From the NCBI GenBank assembly GCA_951406725.2, contig OX597825.1:74462001-74526000 (forward strand): a stretch of DNA of 64,000 nt, written 5' to 3'. Origin of the DNA: Octopus vulgaris (Eukaryota). Below are positions 26,750-40,952 of this stretch, one piece after another. A program made the position numbers and the translations under genes. Below the pieces are notes generated by a model. The model saw nothing but the letters and a program-made list of their open reading frames with translations, made no database searches and had not been told where the DNA came from. Positions within the stretch are counted from its first letter, which is position 1, and each line of letters opens with the position of its first letter.

Positions 26750-27990
26750 AGGGTTCAGCAAAGCCTAAGACTCCAACTTGTTCAATGATTCAGGCAACAC
26801 TGTCTTGAGATTATTTTTCAGTAATGGCGTTTGATTTTCCTGCTGATATAGTGCCATCAATAGGATTGGGTTAGTTTGAAACTCCAGTTGTTACGGGGCA
26901 AAAACTGGTGACACGTGACTTAGAAACAACGGCTTTTTGTAGGGTTTATGAATAGGAAATAAGAGTCAGTCGGGAACATGAGTGGGGGAGAACCAAATAT
27001 CTTACATAGACACATTTAGGGGCCTTATGTATCTTGTTGCTTCGGTAGAGAGGATTATCTAGCAGACGTGGTTGCTGTGATGGCAGAAATCATATTAACA
27101 GTATAGGCTAATGCTTACATTGTGCATGAGAGTTGCTGTTGCCAATAAATATATTTCTCTTGATTTTTTTATGCAGTTTAAGTCGTTTTTGTTAGTAGCA
27201 ACAATTATTTTTTAATATTCCAAATGGAACAGTTGAGAGAGAAAGATTGAAAACTTGGTAAAATTCCAATCTGTTTTAAAAGTGCAATGTTTAAAACATG
27301 AAGGAACGGACACTGTAAGAGCTGGTTTTTCAATAAGCTTGCAATACATAGTCTCACATCGCAAAAGTATGTACTTGGTAGTATGATGTGGAGAAGTTTT
27401 GAAGGGTTTTGTTGTATGTACGCATGATTGAAACACAGACAAGATGATCAACGTATCCAGGAGTTTCTTTGTAGGCATGTTTCTTAAATTCAAATTACAT
27501 ACACACGGGTAGTTAGTAAAAGATTTTCGCTCTCTTAAAGAAAGGTCCAGACACTCTTGTTACTTTTACAGAAAGCCAGATTACAATTTGGGAGGTAGAT
27601 CCAACATAGAGGACATACGCTAAATGAAGACATTCATTTAGTTATTTGTAGTCTTCATGCGTCGTGCAGTTGTTGTGGTAATTAGGTGAATAAATCAGTG
27701 AATGTCTCGCAGTTGACAGTGGTAGAAAATTTCTTTCATTTTTTGTAAGGTATGTTTTTCTCCTGTTTAGCTATCGTACATTTGCGTGTGAAATATTTGA
27801 AGATTTTAGGGTTAAAATGACATAATCCGAATAATTCTTTATTGTTCTCTTGGCGAGGTCAGTGGTAAAGTATAGTTTTTAGCAAGACTAAGGCATGTGA
27901 AACTGGCATATTTCCAACACATTGGCTGCTTATCGGAGGTACCAGAGAATTGGGCGACAAGGATCGTTATATGAAAGGAGGATCTGGTGT
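26750..27990 (-). mobile_element. Very decayed Penelope-like RT
   Basis: Minus-strand motifs in the expected order: DPCRPIL (PLRPIVS-like), DLFT*LP (SLFTNIP-like), GYVDHLVCV (RYVDDIF-like); many stops; 3' boundary uncertain. Confidence 0.45.
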
Positions 27991-30029
27991 CGGTTTCATT
28001 GATTAAATACTAGAATATAAGTAATGTATTTCATGCATAAAGTTATGACATAAATAGAAGTTACAATCTAGATGTATAAGAGTGATAAGTATAATCTGAA
28101 AACCTTTGCTTAATCGAAATGTTTTATTATGTATACAAAATGTAATTGATTTATGGCATGGAATATAAATTATGAATGATAATATACTTGGAGTTTTCTT
28201 TATTCAATTTCTAAATATAAGTATGGATTTCTCATTTTGGCATTGGGCCACGAATTACAAGTATGTAGTGTGTTTGGTTATTTAGGATTTATATATTTTC
28301 GTTCAATAAGAGAAAATATCTGCAGTGTGTAGCGGTCAGCAAATAAGATATTTTTCTAGAAGTACAAGTGGTATAACACACTGTAACTATATTCCTATTT
28401 TTAATGTGTTTTCAGTTTCATTGTATATATTACGAATGGCTGTGTGGTTAAGAAGGTTTCTTTGCAACAACGTGGTTTAGGGTTCTGACCTGTTGTGCAG
28501 GACCTTAGAAAAGTAAAATACATTTTATTCTAACTCTGATTTTTACCAAAACCTTGCGAATGAAAATGGATTGATTGAAACTTTCGGGAAACCCCTCAGA
28601 AGACCTGTTCATGTTTTGAGGTGACTTAATCTATCATCGGTCTAATATCACCACCCACCCCTTAGGCGTCTTTATTTGCTTCCAAAGATTTGGAGCAATT
28701 TAGACCAATGTCCCAATCTGAGGATTACTTCATCTCTCACTTCCGCTAGTTTCAGAAACCTTACAAATTAGTCACATACGCTTCCCTTTCACGTTATTCA
28801 TAAATATTTAAAAGAAATTAACGCCACAAAGTTTGGACGAAAATTCTACACAAAACGTTGAGCTGTTTATCTTTCTCACATCAAACCAAAATTTATTTCA
28901 CTTTTCCGGTCTTTATAATCAGTCAATGCTAACACAGACAGTCTTTAATTCTTTTTGATTCTATTGATTATTTTATTAGATTACTGAACTGTATTCCTTC
29001 CTAATCTTCTAATTTAACATAACCTCCAGCATCTTATCTTCAATAACATGCACTTGTGTATTTAATTCACAATGGCTCCAGAGTTTGTTGCAATACCTAA
29101 AAAAATTTTATATCAACGAACAGCAGCGTAGTACAAATTCATAAAAGAAACAAATATGTCCCAGTGTATTAAGACAATTATCCTAGTAAATAAACTCATG
29201 CATCTTTTTTCATATACTGTTTCTGATCTTAAGTTTATAAACTACCACAGTACGTGTATCTGTGTTCAGCTTCTAACACTTAGATGTATTTTACATAAAC
29301 TATTAGCGAGCCATGATAATCATTTAAAGCACACGAAATGTTATATTCAGTTTTTTCTTGATATTGTCTTATTTTCGAGTTCAAATCCAGTTTGGTAAAC
29401 TTTGTCGTTCATCTTTTTGTGGGGTCGATAATAAACTACTATTTTAACGATCGCTGAGATCGATTCCTATCTCTTTTTCTTTGATTTTTTCTCTTTTTTT
29501 TTCTCCTAGTTTCTATTTCCGGAAGAATTAAAGAGGGATAGCTTCTGCCAGCTGTTGATACTCAATACAGGCCGTGAGACACAGCGACAGCGTTATTGCT
29601 CGTACAGAAGGTAATGAAGCGTGGACTGGAATGGCCAACTAAACATTGCCGAAGTAATTCGTTGTCCGTCTTGTGGTGACTACCACAATTCTCCATACAG
29701 GAGAATTGGTTTGCGTTTCAACGCATGACCTCAAACCCACCACCTATGTTTATTATATGCTTATGCACGATGGAAATTTCACTTGTATCTACGTTAAATA
29801 AACGTAAATTTTTTTATTTGATTTTATATATTATACAAACAGTATTGATATATAACATAGGTTCAAGGACATCGATTCAGCAGGGAAGAAGGGCGTGCAG
29901 TCGAACATATAGATCCCAGAACAGATCGTATTTGATTGTATAAAAGACGCACAGCCATATTAGACGCACTCTAATTTCAGCAGCACGTATTCAGGAAGGC
30001 GTGAACGTCAGGGACAAAATCAGCTTGAA

Positions 30030-30312
30030 GTAAAGACCCCCTTCGGTCATGAATGACCATGGGATTGCACCTAGAAAGTTACCCTCCTAGACACAAGTCC
30101 GGGCAAGGTTGTTTATGGAAGACCAGCAGTCGCCCATGCATACCAGCCTCCCCTCTCCACACCACCAGTGTTATCCAAGGGAAAGACAAAGGTCGATAAA
30201 GCTTGGCACCAGTGACGTCGCAACTCATTTCTACAGCTGAGTGAACTGGAGCAACGTGAAATAAAGTGCCTTGCTCAAGAACACAACACGCAGCCCGGTC
30301 CGGGATTCGAGC
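30030..30312 (-). mobile_element. SINE family C, 5'-truncated
   Basis: Near-identical reverse complement of 37740-38018 (aagacccccttcggtcatgaatgacc...gctcaagaacacaacacgcagcccggtccggga). Confidence 0.9.
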
Positions 30313-31251
30313 TTGAAGTATGTTTTTGGAAAACGTGCGTCTAGTGTCTAGTATGCCAACAAACACGGTTAGGGTGATCTTATGTCACTGAATCTAAAAC
30401 ATGTGAAAGGTAACCTTCTGGTAGGATTCGCGATCAGTGCGCGGTATTTCATATGTTGCTCTATTGATTTGCATCTCTCTCTACATTTATATCACCAATA
30501 ATATTTATTTCAACATTTGGTATAAATCTACGTCTTTTTAGGACAGAACGAAATTGATAAACATCCATCAGAATAATTGATTGGTACTGATTTCATCGAT
30601 CCATGAAATATAAAAGGAAAAAAAACTGAACCGCTAGAGAGTACTGTTCATGACGTCATTAAATAAAAGCCATTCTCTCAAGTGTACTTGTAACTTTAGT
30701 TTCCATTGCTATTTCCATAATCGATATTAGAGATATTGATGGATGATCCAAACGCATAGTGAACTAACATCATTTTTGAGGGAATACAACTCACTCCTCT
30801 AATGGGTCTTTCTCGTTTTATATAGCTACACACATTGCTAACGCTTGTGTGATCAGTGTGTGCGTGTTTTTTAAAAGCATACATACATACATACATATAT
30901 ATATATATTATTTTTATGTATATGTATATAAATGTATATGTATATATGTATATGTACATATATAATAATATAAATAATATATAAATATATGCATATATAC
31001 ATACGTATATGTAAATACCTACATATATATGTATATATACATGCATATATGGGTACAGGTCATCAAAAAACGTTGAATACGATGAGAGACGAAAACATAA
31101 AACAAGAACATCGAAAACGAACTTTTTTTTCGAAAAACGAAAAAAATAACAGAGTAACGAGACATGCAGCATACAGAATATTCCTCTCCATCAGTTGTCT
31201 CCTGTTTCATATACTCCATGATACGAAGGTAAATGTATATATATATATATA

Positions 31252-31398
31252 GGCACAGGAGTGGCTGTGTGGTAAGCCACATGTTTCCGGGTCAAGTCCC
31301 ACTGCGTGGCACCTTGGGCAGGTGTCTTCTACTATAGCCTCGGGCCGACCAAAGCCTTGTGAGTGGATTTGGTAGACGGAAACTGAAAGAAGCCCGTC

Positions 31399-31449
<51 letters not shown>

Positions 31450-31671
31450 TGTGTGTGTTTGTGTGTCTGTGTTTGTCCCCCTAGCATTGCTTGACAACCG
31501 ATGCTGGTGTGTTTATGTCCCCGTTACTTAGCGGTTCGGCAAAAGAGACCGATAGAATAAGTACTGGGCTTACAAAAGAATAAGTCCCGGGGTCGAGTTG
31601 CTCGATTAAAGGCGGTGCTCCAGCATGGCCGCAGTCAAATGACTGAAACATGTAAAAGAGTAAAAGAGTAT
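31252..31671 (+). mobile_element. SINE family B, full length, internal (TA)n, tail (GTAAAAGA)n
   Basis: ggcacaggagtggctgtgtggtaag...caccttgggcaggtgtcttc (CORE-like)...gactgaaacatgtaaaagagtaaaagagta. Confidence 0.9.
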
Positions 31672-31850
31672 ATATAAATAATTTAAAATCGCCTTGCTGT
31701 GCTTCGTGCGACTAATGGTGCACAGGTAGAGGTGTGTTAAATGAGGTAAAAGAAAATTTTGAAAACCACTGAGTACAATAGAACAAGTCTTATAAAGATA
31801 TCAATTGTCATTGTAATGAATTTTAATTGTTAAAATGCTTTATGGACACC

Positions 31851-31897
<47 letters not shown>

Positions 31898-31930
31898 CCC
31901 TTAATTTCAGACCTTGTACCTATAGAAGGA

Positions 31931-31963
<33 letters not shown>

Positions 31964-31990
31964 GTTATTATTATTATTATTATTATTATT

Positions 31991-32412
31991 CAGTAGTTTT
32001 ATTTATATAGCGTGCTTTCACTTCACTACCGAGCGCAGCTCTGTGTGCCTTAGGTATGTGCTGTGATTTGTTGTGATGCTCTGATGGTTATTGTATTTAA
32101 AGTGTTCTGCGTAGGATGTGTGCAGTGCCTAGTAGTGCAATTTTCTGTATGTTATATGTGTTTGTAAGTCCTGGTGTTTTTGTTATGTATTTGTCTGAAT
32201 ATTTTTTCATCATGCTTAATGCACCTACTATGATAGGAATTGTTTCTGTTTTCAGATTCCACATTCTAGTTACCTCTATTTCCAGGTCTTTGTATTTTGA
32301 AAGTTTCTCCATTTCTTTTAGAGACACGTTGTCATCAGCCGGTATTGATACATCAATTAGAAAGCATTTTTTTTCTTCATGATCTCTGACAACTATATCT
32401 GGTCTGTTAGCC

Positions 32413-32413
<1 letters not shown>
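31991..32413 (-). mobile_element. R4/Dong-like non-LTR retrotransposon 3' end: restriction-like endonuclease domain plus 3' UTR
   Basis: NRPDIVVRDHEEKKCFLIDVSIPAD...KEMEKLSKYKDL...IPIIVGAL...QKIALLGTAHILRRTL carries the RPD..D/E..K..KY motif; (TAA)n on both sides. Confidence 0.9.
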
Positions 32414-32468
<55 letters not shown>

Positions 32469-32570
32469 GAGTGAGCGAGCAGAGCATGCCATCAAAGTGA
32501 CACTGGGGTAAAATATACGAAGCCCAGTATACCCATCATGAATACCCGTCTGATAAGGGTACACCAGGCA

Positions 32571-32572
<2 letters not shown>
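32469..32572 (-). mobile_element. 104-bp insert within (TAA)n, probably the 3' UTR of a second TAA-targeting retroelement
   Basis: Unique GC-richer block bounded exactly by (TTA)n on both sides. Confidence 0.5.
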
Positions 32573-32621
<49 letters not shown>

Positions 32622-32630
32622 CATTATTAT

Positions 32631-32945
32631 TCAGTAGTCTTAATTTTATCACGTGCTTTCACTGCACTACCGAGCGCAGCTCTGTGTGCCTTGGATATGC
32701 GCAGTGCTTTATTGTGGTACTCTTATTTTTACTGTATTGAAAGTGTTTTACGTAGGATGTGTGCGCTGCTTTGTAGAGCTATTTTCTTTTATGTTATATA
32801 TACTTGTTAGTTTTGGAGTTTTTGTTATGTATTTGTCCGAATGTTTTTTTTAACATACCTTATGCGCTTACTACGTAAGAAATTTTCTGTGTTTAGGCTC
32901 TACATTCGAGTTGCCTCATTACTAGATCCAAAGTTTCTCCGTTTT
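32631..32945 (-). mobile_element. Older, decayed second copy of the R4/Dong-like 3' end
   Basis: tcagtagt...cgtgctttcactgcactaccgagcgcagctctgtgtgccttgg...cgtaggatgtgtgc matches the copy starting at 31991. Confidence 0.85.
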
Positions 32946-32964
32946 ATTACTATTATTATTATTA

Positions 32965-33002
<38 letters not shown>

Positions 33003-33034
33003 ATTATTATTATTATCATTTTTATCATTGCTTA

Positions 33035-33420
33035 AGGCGGTGAGATGACAGAATCGTTAGACGCCGAGCGAAATACATTGTAGCACTTCAATTATCTGCA
33101 CGTTCTGAGTTCAAATTCCACCGAGGCGTAATTTGCCTTTTATCCCTTTGGGGGTCGAAAAATTAAGTACCACTGAAGAACGGCTTATCATTATTATTGC
33201 TAAGACTGTCAGCCGGAAGACTCTTTAGTGCACTAGGTAAAATCCCTGGCCATATTTCGTCTGTCTTCACGTCCTGGGTTCAAAATGCACCGACGTCGTT
33301 TTCGCATTTCATACTTTCAGGTTCGATGAAATAAGTACCAATTGAGCACCAGGGTCGATCTTATCGACCAGCCTCCTCCTTCAAAGTTTCAAGCCTTGTG
33401 CTTATAACAGAAAAGATTAT
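33035..33420 (+). mobile_element. Two consecutive family A SINE copies
   Basis: ggcggtgagatgacagaatcgttag... and ...gttcgatgaaataagtaccaattgagcaccagggtcgat. Confidence 0.8.
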
Positions 33421-34563
33421 TATAATTATTATTTATTGTTGTGATTATTATTTACTTTTTAAATATTCTGCACTATGTTTCCAAATCCCTGGCATGTATC
33501 TGACCAGAAGCAAATGGTTTTCACAGTTGAGTTCGTTTAATGAAGGTAGAATCTAGACAAGTGCAGTAGTTAACTTCAGACGAAAACAATTTAAAGTGAC
33601 GAATATCATGACGAGTTGATTACAAAATAATGTAGTATTTATATTCAGAATGGAATTATACGTGATCAGTTGAAAGAAGAATGGAAATGTAAGTGGAATC
33701 ACTAAAATTCTTTGAAGTCTCAGGAGATATTAGCTTTTAGGCCTGGCGTGGGTTACATATACGTTCAGCAATAAAATGCAGAAGACAAAACAACGTCAAA
33801 ATGAATATCAATGAATTCCATTTGTTCCTTTTATATTCATGTTTCACATTTTCTCTTTGTTTTTGTTTTAGCGCCGATTCAACTATAAATTGTCTATCAT
33901 TTCCTGTAATATGAGTTCCAATTCATGAACAACGTAAATAGATATATATCACTGCCATATCATGACATAGAATATATAACCTTTCTACTTTGTAAATCAT
34001 GTAGTCAGCATTAACAAACCAAACTGTGATGTGAAGCTGGATTGATTTATCTTCTAGTGAATAAAACATGAATTTTTTTTTTATTACAAATTTTATCCAA
34101 TTGCAGCAACTCTTATTTACCTCAGGTTATTACAGTTTTTGCTTCTGAAATTAGTCCATATTGACTATGATTACGTCCTACACTGAGTGGCCAAAGTCAT
34201 TTCCCTGTTATTTCCGAGTCATTTAATTATATTCTTCCAGTCGTATTATTTTTTTTCGGGTATTTTTTTAATAATTTGTCTAATCACATTCGCGACCTCC
34301 CACAGCTATTTTATTGTTGCTTCTACAGATCCTTGTTGTTGTTTCAATTACAGCTTCCATTACTCTCGATTTGTTATTGATCTATTTCTTTTGTTTTATT
34401 GTACACCTGTTTAGCTATATATTTACAATTTTTTTTTCTGGTAACAGTCATATTATTGCTGGAATTGGAACCATTGATCTTTCAACTGCTGGCGAAACTA
34501 AGTTAATGTTATGCAAAAAACTATGTAATCATGAAGGAACAATAGGAGTGTTCGGTAGAAATT

Positions 34564-34613
<50 letters not shown>

Positions 34614-34720
34614 TCCTAACTGTCACTCCGAATAATAAGTTTTCGATATTTGGAGAATAGCAATCTTTTCCGCGCCAATAAAACACTATATTTTTCTGCA
34701 CTTGATCTGAACCTAAATGG

Positions 34721-34779
<59 letters not shown>

Positions 34780-34783
34780 TACA

Positions 34784-34879
<96 letters not shown>

Positions 34880-37418
34880 TGAACTTGCTAGACAACTGAT
34901 TTAATCTGTGACAGTTTCTTGAAACTAAAATGACTGCACCATACAAGACACATATTAACTATTTATTCCGTCTATTTCCTGTATTACTTACCGGAAGAGC
35001 CGTAGGTAAAACAAAGTATATTTTGTCGGACTAATGATCATCGATTAAATGTACATACATGCGTGTGCGTACGTGCGTGCGTGCGTGCGTGCATCACTGT
35101 GTCATGGAACTCGGTCAGAATTTCCAACCATGAATGTGCAAGGAAGTGAAATACCAGTCTCAAAGAATAAATACTTAAACGGTAGTATTCTTCAGATGCG
35201 TGAACTCTTAAGGGATCAGAACTGAAATTCCCCGTCATAAAAGAACCTGAACTCCAAATAAAGATAAGCTGCCTCTGGTACAACAACGGCGACGAAACAT
35301 ACATAAGAAACACACTGAGTCACTCAATAATTGGAAGTATATTTTATTCAAATACAGAATGCATAGGCACAATAAGGCAGGGGCGAACCGAGGTGAATTA
35401 CTCCAAGTGGGGTAAAAATGAAATTCTGGGGTGGAGTGAAATTATATCTAAAAAACGTTTTCCTTGTTACGACAGAATTTTTCTTCTGGCAACATTGCAT
35501 CTGTCCAATGAAATGGATGTGTTTAGATGTCGAGTCAAATAGATTTAATAGACTTTTCTAATTCAAAGAATCTATGATTTTCTTCCTTTCAAATCAAGGG
35601 AGTAATGTCGGCCTAAATTAATATATTATGAGGTAATTGGTTTTAAAAATCCCCGGCGCTTGCATTAAGGGAAACCCTAATTCTAATACAGAAATGTGAA
35701 CATATCCGTCCCGGTCTAACTTACAGTGTTGTATCAATACATTCTCTTAACAGCAAGGAGAATGTAAGCAGATCCTGATACATCTATCCTCGTTTATCAT
35801 GGGAGTTTGGTTACAAAAGAACACCGTGTTAAATTAATCAGTGATAAGTGAATATTATACATATAGGGAAAATTGGCTGCGTTCCGAAACTCCAAATTCT
35901 CCAGCTGTGGATGGTCGGTGGGGCACGCTTTTGTGGTGCAAGCAGAATATTCATCCGATAGTTGACCCCCATAATTACAGATCAATTTGTTATAAACGTA
36001 TTTCAGTCCACATTCAGCGTACCATGAGATCCCAAATCTGTGATGAATGAATAAATTATAAAAGAGGATATCTCTAACGTTTTAATGAGAGCAGAAGCTC
36101 GTCAAATCGTTGATTCCTTGTATTTGCTGAAAGTCTTTTGTATAATCACAAACTTTATTTCTACGGCGCAAGTAAGAAATGTATTTTGTCAAACTTTTGA
36201 TGAGAGTGAAACTGATCAACTGAATCTTTCTTTTGGCTGCTGAGTATACTTTCTGCGTATACCTTCACAGCCAAATTCCACTTTCATAAAAATAGAAACG
36301 AGAAAAATATATAAACTAGATTTATTTTTGTCCTTTCTAACTTGGATTTGAAATCATATCCTATTATATTAATTCACGATGAATGACTATAACTGGTTGA
36401 GTTAAAAACAATATATCATAGGGTGTTCAGTTAAGTCGCCTTAAGTATTGATTTTAAAACCTCATTGGGGTCAATTCTGACTTTCATCCTACTTGGATCG
36501 ATGAAATAAGTAACATACAGGCGAAGTATTAAGCTCTATATAAATCACCAAGCCTAAACCTATTTATTTTTGACTCGGTGTCCATCTATGAAATCAATTA
36601 TGCTCTCCTTGATTAATGCATTTCTTCGCAATTTGATTCCGCTCTATTCAGAGCAGTAAGAAATATATGGAAGCGTATTTTCTCTTATTCGTAAATCTGC
36701 CATACCATATTAAGACGTTTAGTCTTCAACAATTGATTTCTTTTCGTTAACTGGTTCTGCATTGCGTCAACGAAATCTACCGAACTTCACTAAAGACTAT
36801 TTAATAAATTCTCCATAATTAAAGCAGCGCTTTGTAACATGTTTCTATTGATGAGCGTTTGTGAGAAAATATTAAATCGAAGTTAATAATGGACATTAGA
36901 TAGGCTGACCGTCTTTAGAATTAAGTATATAAAGTGCTGACATCTCTCTGTTGCACTATTTGAAAAATTGTTTGCTAATCGTACAATGACGTATCATATT
37001 AATTAATAAGCATCGCGATATTAACGGCTTTCAGACAGTGTACTGAAAATGTCATCGATATTCAATTAGCATGTACGATAAAAGTTCGAATAGGAATTTA
37101 GTCGATCGCTTAATAATGCCTAAGAAATATGTAGGCCATATGTAATAACCATGTCTAGCTGTAAAGATTGCTGATTTGCTTTTCTGTCTGTACTATGTTT
37201 GTTGATCTTTCAACGTCAAATATAATATCATCGCCATGTTCAGAACAATGATTCCTACAAGGAGGAATTTAATAATGAAGTATTATGAAGCAGGGAAAGT
37301 ATTTCAAGGAAGCACCAATAAATGAAGTCCTGTGCCTCTCGTTTCTACTTTTTGATTAAAGACTCATTAGTTTACATTATTTACATTTGACGGATATTTG
37401 TCCTCATCTTTGTTGTTA

Positions 37419-37462
37419 ATACAAGGTTTCGGCTGATATACCCTCGAGCCTTCATCAGGTGT
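37419..37462 (-). ncRNA. Degenerate hammerhead ribozyme (probable PLE terminal fragment, about 37372-37466)
   Basis: acac-CUGAUGA-a-GGCU...AGCC-GAAAC intact, but stem III, cleavage site and stem I 3' arm are imperfect (cttgtat). Confidence 0.55.
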
Positions 37463-37687
37463 CTTTACGTTCCGTCTTTACGTTCTGAGTTCTACTTCCG
37501 CCGAGATCGACTTTGCCTTTATTTCATCCTTTCGGTGTCGATAAAATAATTACGAGATGTACACTGGGGTCAATGTAGCCAACATTGTTCCTCCCCACGA
37601 AACTGATGTCCTTCAGCCATAACTTGAAACCAATATTTTATTTATCGATATACCTTAATAACATCACTGTTAATAGAGTATTTGTTA

Positions 37688-38018
37688 AGACACATGGCTC
37701 AGTGGATAGAGCGTAGAGCTTACGATCGTGAGATTGTGAGTTCGATTCCCGGACCGGGCTGCGTGTTGTGTTCTTGAGCAAGACACTTTATTTCACGTTG
37801 CTCCAGTTAACTTAGCTGTAGAAATAAGTTGCGACATCACTGGTTCCAAGCTGTTTCGGCCTTTGCCTTTCCCTTGGATAACATCAGTGGTGTGGAGAGG
37901 GGAGGTCGGTATGCATGGGCGACTGCTAGCCTTCCACAAACAATCTTGCCCTGACTTGTGCCTTGGAGGGTAACTTTCTAGGTACAGTCTCACGGTCATT
38001 CATGACCGAAGGGGGTCT
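37688..38018 (+). mobile_element. SINE family C, full length, with 12-bp TSD
   Basis: A box tggctcagtgg, B box gttcgattcc; aatagagtattt at 37672-37683 and 38032-38043. Confidence 0.9.
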
Positions 38019-38959
38019 CCTCCCTCTCCTCAATAGAGTATTTATTGTCTGTAAGGAGTATAAAATCATAATAATCTATGGGATTATATATCACCAGTGT
38101 TAAGAAACCTAGCCGGTGCAACATCAAGACTCGATCTCAATGTAGAGACTTAAAATGATGCTGGTGGTAAATGCACGTATTATCAACGAATTACGAATTT
38201 GTCAATAACAAACTAAAGGAACTCCAAATGCGAAGCAGACTGTCTCTTAAAACGCCTGTCTTAAATATCAGTGTAGTTTAACGAATAATAAGAGCAATGT
38301 ACAAAAAGAAATATAATATCACAAATTATCAATATCCAGTAATCTGAGTAAAATTATTCGTTTTATACATCTGTACTTACAACAATAGAAAATGCCAATT
38401 TAAATAAACACTACTTAGATACCCGCCGCTTTGCTGAGAGCAAAATGCTGAAATATTAAATTTAAATTGTTTATTCATTTAAAATGGTTCCTTTAATAGA
38501 AAATGTATTCAATTTCAATACAAAGAGTTAGAAAGTTATTAACTTCATCTCTACTTTCACTTTCAGAAACGCAGATGTTATATTCGGCGTTTTTTTTTTA
38601 ATTGGATAAATTATTGGTTTTAGGTAGTGTTAGAGAATGCTTAACAAGTAATATTTTAATGTTGTTTACATACACAAATTTTGATTTTAAAAATATTTTA
38701 TTTAATATTCTGCAAACTCAGAATATACATTGTACACTATTTACATTTACTGATATCTACTTCTTCTTAAACAACGTTCCATATCCCCCGTTATGATATG
38801 TGTTTCTTGCTGAACTGAAGGAGACATGGCTGCTATTTTATAGAGGCTTCAGTATCCGCAATATAAGCTCTCACATTTCTGAACATCTGTATATACATAT
38901 GTTAGTAACGTTTGTGGCAGACAACGAATGTCAAAAGGATTATTTTTATGATTTTTATC

Positions 38960-39470
38960 AGCAATGTCAGGGGAGGGTGTGCTCAACTAGATACATATTT
39001 TATTGACCCCGAAAGGGATGAAAGACAAAGACGACCTCGGCAGAATTTGAGCTCAGAATGTGAAAACGGACGAAATGCCACGAAGCATTTTGCCTGGCGC
39101 GCTAGCGATTCTGCCAGCTCACTGCCTTAATTTTGCCTATACTATTAATAAGATATAAGTCGAGAGCAGGCAGAACCGCTAGCGCACCGGGCAAAATGCT
39201 TAGGAGTATTTCGTCCAACTTTACATTCTGAGTTCAAATCCCGTCGGTGTCGACCGTCCTCTTTTATCCTGTAAGAGTTGATTAAATAAGTACCATTTAA
39301 AGAGTATTTCGTCCAACTTTACATTCTGAGTTCAAATCCCGTCGGTGTCGACCGTCCTCTTTTATCCTGTAAGAGTTGATTAAATAAGTACCATTTAAAC
39401 ACTGGGTCGATGTAACCGACTCACTCCCTCTCCCGAACTTGCTGGCATTGTGTTAAAGTTTGAAACCAAT
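38960..39470. mobile_element. Head-to-head pair of family A SINEs; the plus copy holds an exact 98-bp tandem duplication
   Basis: Minus copy about 38960-39128, plus copy about 39160-39470; 39204-39301 equals 39302-39399. Confidence 0.85.
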
Positions 39471-40952
39471 ATAAACCTAACATTTTAGTGAAATATCTTA
39501 CCTAAAGCTTCTTTATACATAAATGAGATGACACACGATAAGTTTCAGCAACGCTTTCATGAATTTAAAAAAGTCCATAATCGTTCAATATCAGCAAATA
39601 TTTAAAGTAGAAAATAACGAAAGGAAGAATTGTTTGTTTTACTGACTAAAGGCTTTGATGAAAGTGTTTACTCACCTCAGAAATATGCTGCTTCAAGTGG
39701 TTGAAGAAACTACATTCGATAAATCGAAGTAGGTCTCTAACAGAAATGGTTCATAGACTGGAGGTTTTAACAAATCTGCCGCAATTTTTATTACCTTGTT
39801 TTTCTTTGTTCACCTCGTCTTTATCTTTTGCCTTTCATCACGAAATTTATTGTTGTATTGAGAGCGAAATATTCATAGCCATTATATATTGATGGCGTGC
39901 AAGAAAAATTGGAGTTTGATCAACAATAAAAACACGAAGGTGTTCTTTTTTTTTCACTTCGCCAATGTGAATTCAATGAATAAATTGAATAAATTCAGTG
40001 TTTTTCATATTATTTTTCAGATTTCAGAATGTGTTACTTCAAAATCATCGACCGCCTATTTATAAGAGAAATTGGCAAATTATGATGTCATAATATATCA
40101 AAATATAAGTATATCGACGTTTTCATAGGAAATAAAGAGCAAAAGAAAAATACCAAATATTTTACGTTGCATTAATTTTCTGCGCTGAAAAATTATGATT
40201 TAAACGACTTCATAATAGGATATTTTTCAAATTGTACAAAACGTCTTGTTTCATCTCTGCCTCGTGTTTCTTCCTCTCTGTCACTCCCTCCCATTACTAA
40301 CTTATGTGTAATCCTACCCGAGGCACTGAACTATTCTCCACTCTGTCCTTTCTTCTCAGAACATCGACATTCTGAGGTCTTTTTCATCGATGATTCATCC
40401 CTGCAAGTATTGACCGCAAGATTTTAACTGGAATATTAAAGTTATTGATCTCACCATCCTTGGACGTTCCCAAATGCCATAGATACTACTCTTTTCTCCA
40501 GTTCCAGTTAGTACAAAGATAGAAGTATTTACGAAGACATGTTTTGAAAATTATGAAAACGAATCGATCTAAGTATGGCATATATAACAGATAATTGCGA
40601 GAATCTGTAGGCTCATTGATGCAATTAGTTCGGGTGCTGCTTCAGAGAATTTTTAGCCGTTGTTTTAATATTGTGTAAACGGAAACAAACATATGAAACT
40701 CCATCGGTTCGCGTTTTAGCCGCTGCCGAGTAGTGTGTTCAATTTGTTCAGTGAACATCACCGTGAATTCCCTCTTGTTTTTCAAAAATCCCCTTTAGAT
40801 CACAAAATAAGGCGGAAATCTGCCCTATTTTTAAAATCCTGGCAGTAACACTGTAGCTGGAAGCAGAATAATAATCTAATTCTACACTTTATCATATTCA
40901 AGAATATAAACGCGTTTTTAAGCACAACACACGCGGAGTCAAAAAGAAACAC

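Noticed and set aside
32097-32624. 175-aa ORF as a real protein
   Set aside because: Chimeric read-through of (ATA)n, a 104-bp insert, (AAT)n and a truncated LINE endonuclease
34150-34400. Possible decayed RTE-like LINE fragment on the minus strand
   Set aside because: Only one weak motif resemblance; not enough to call
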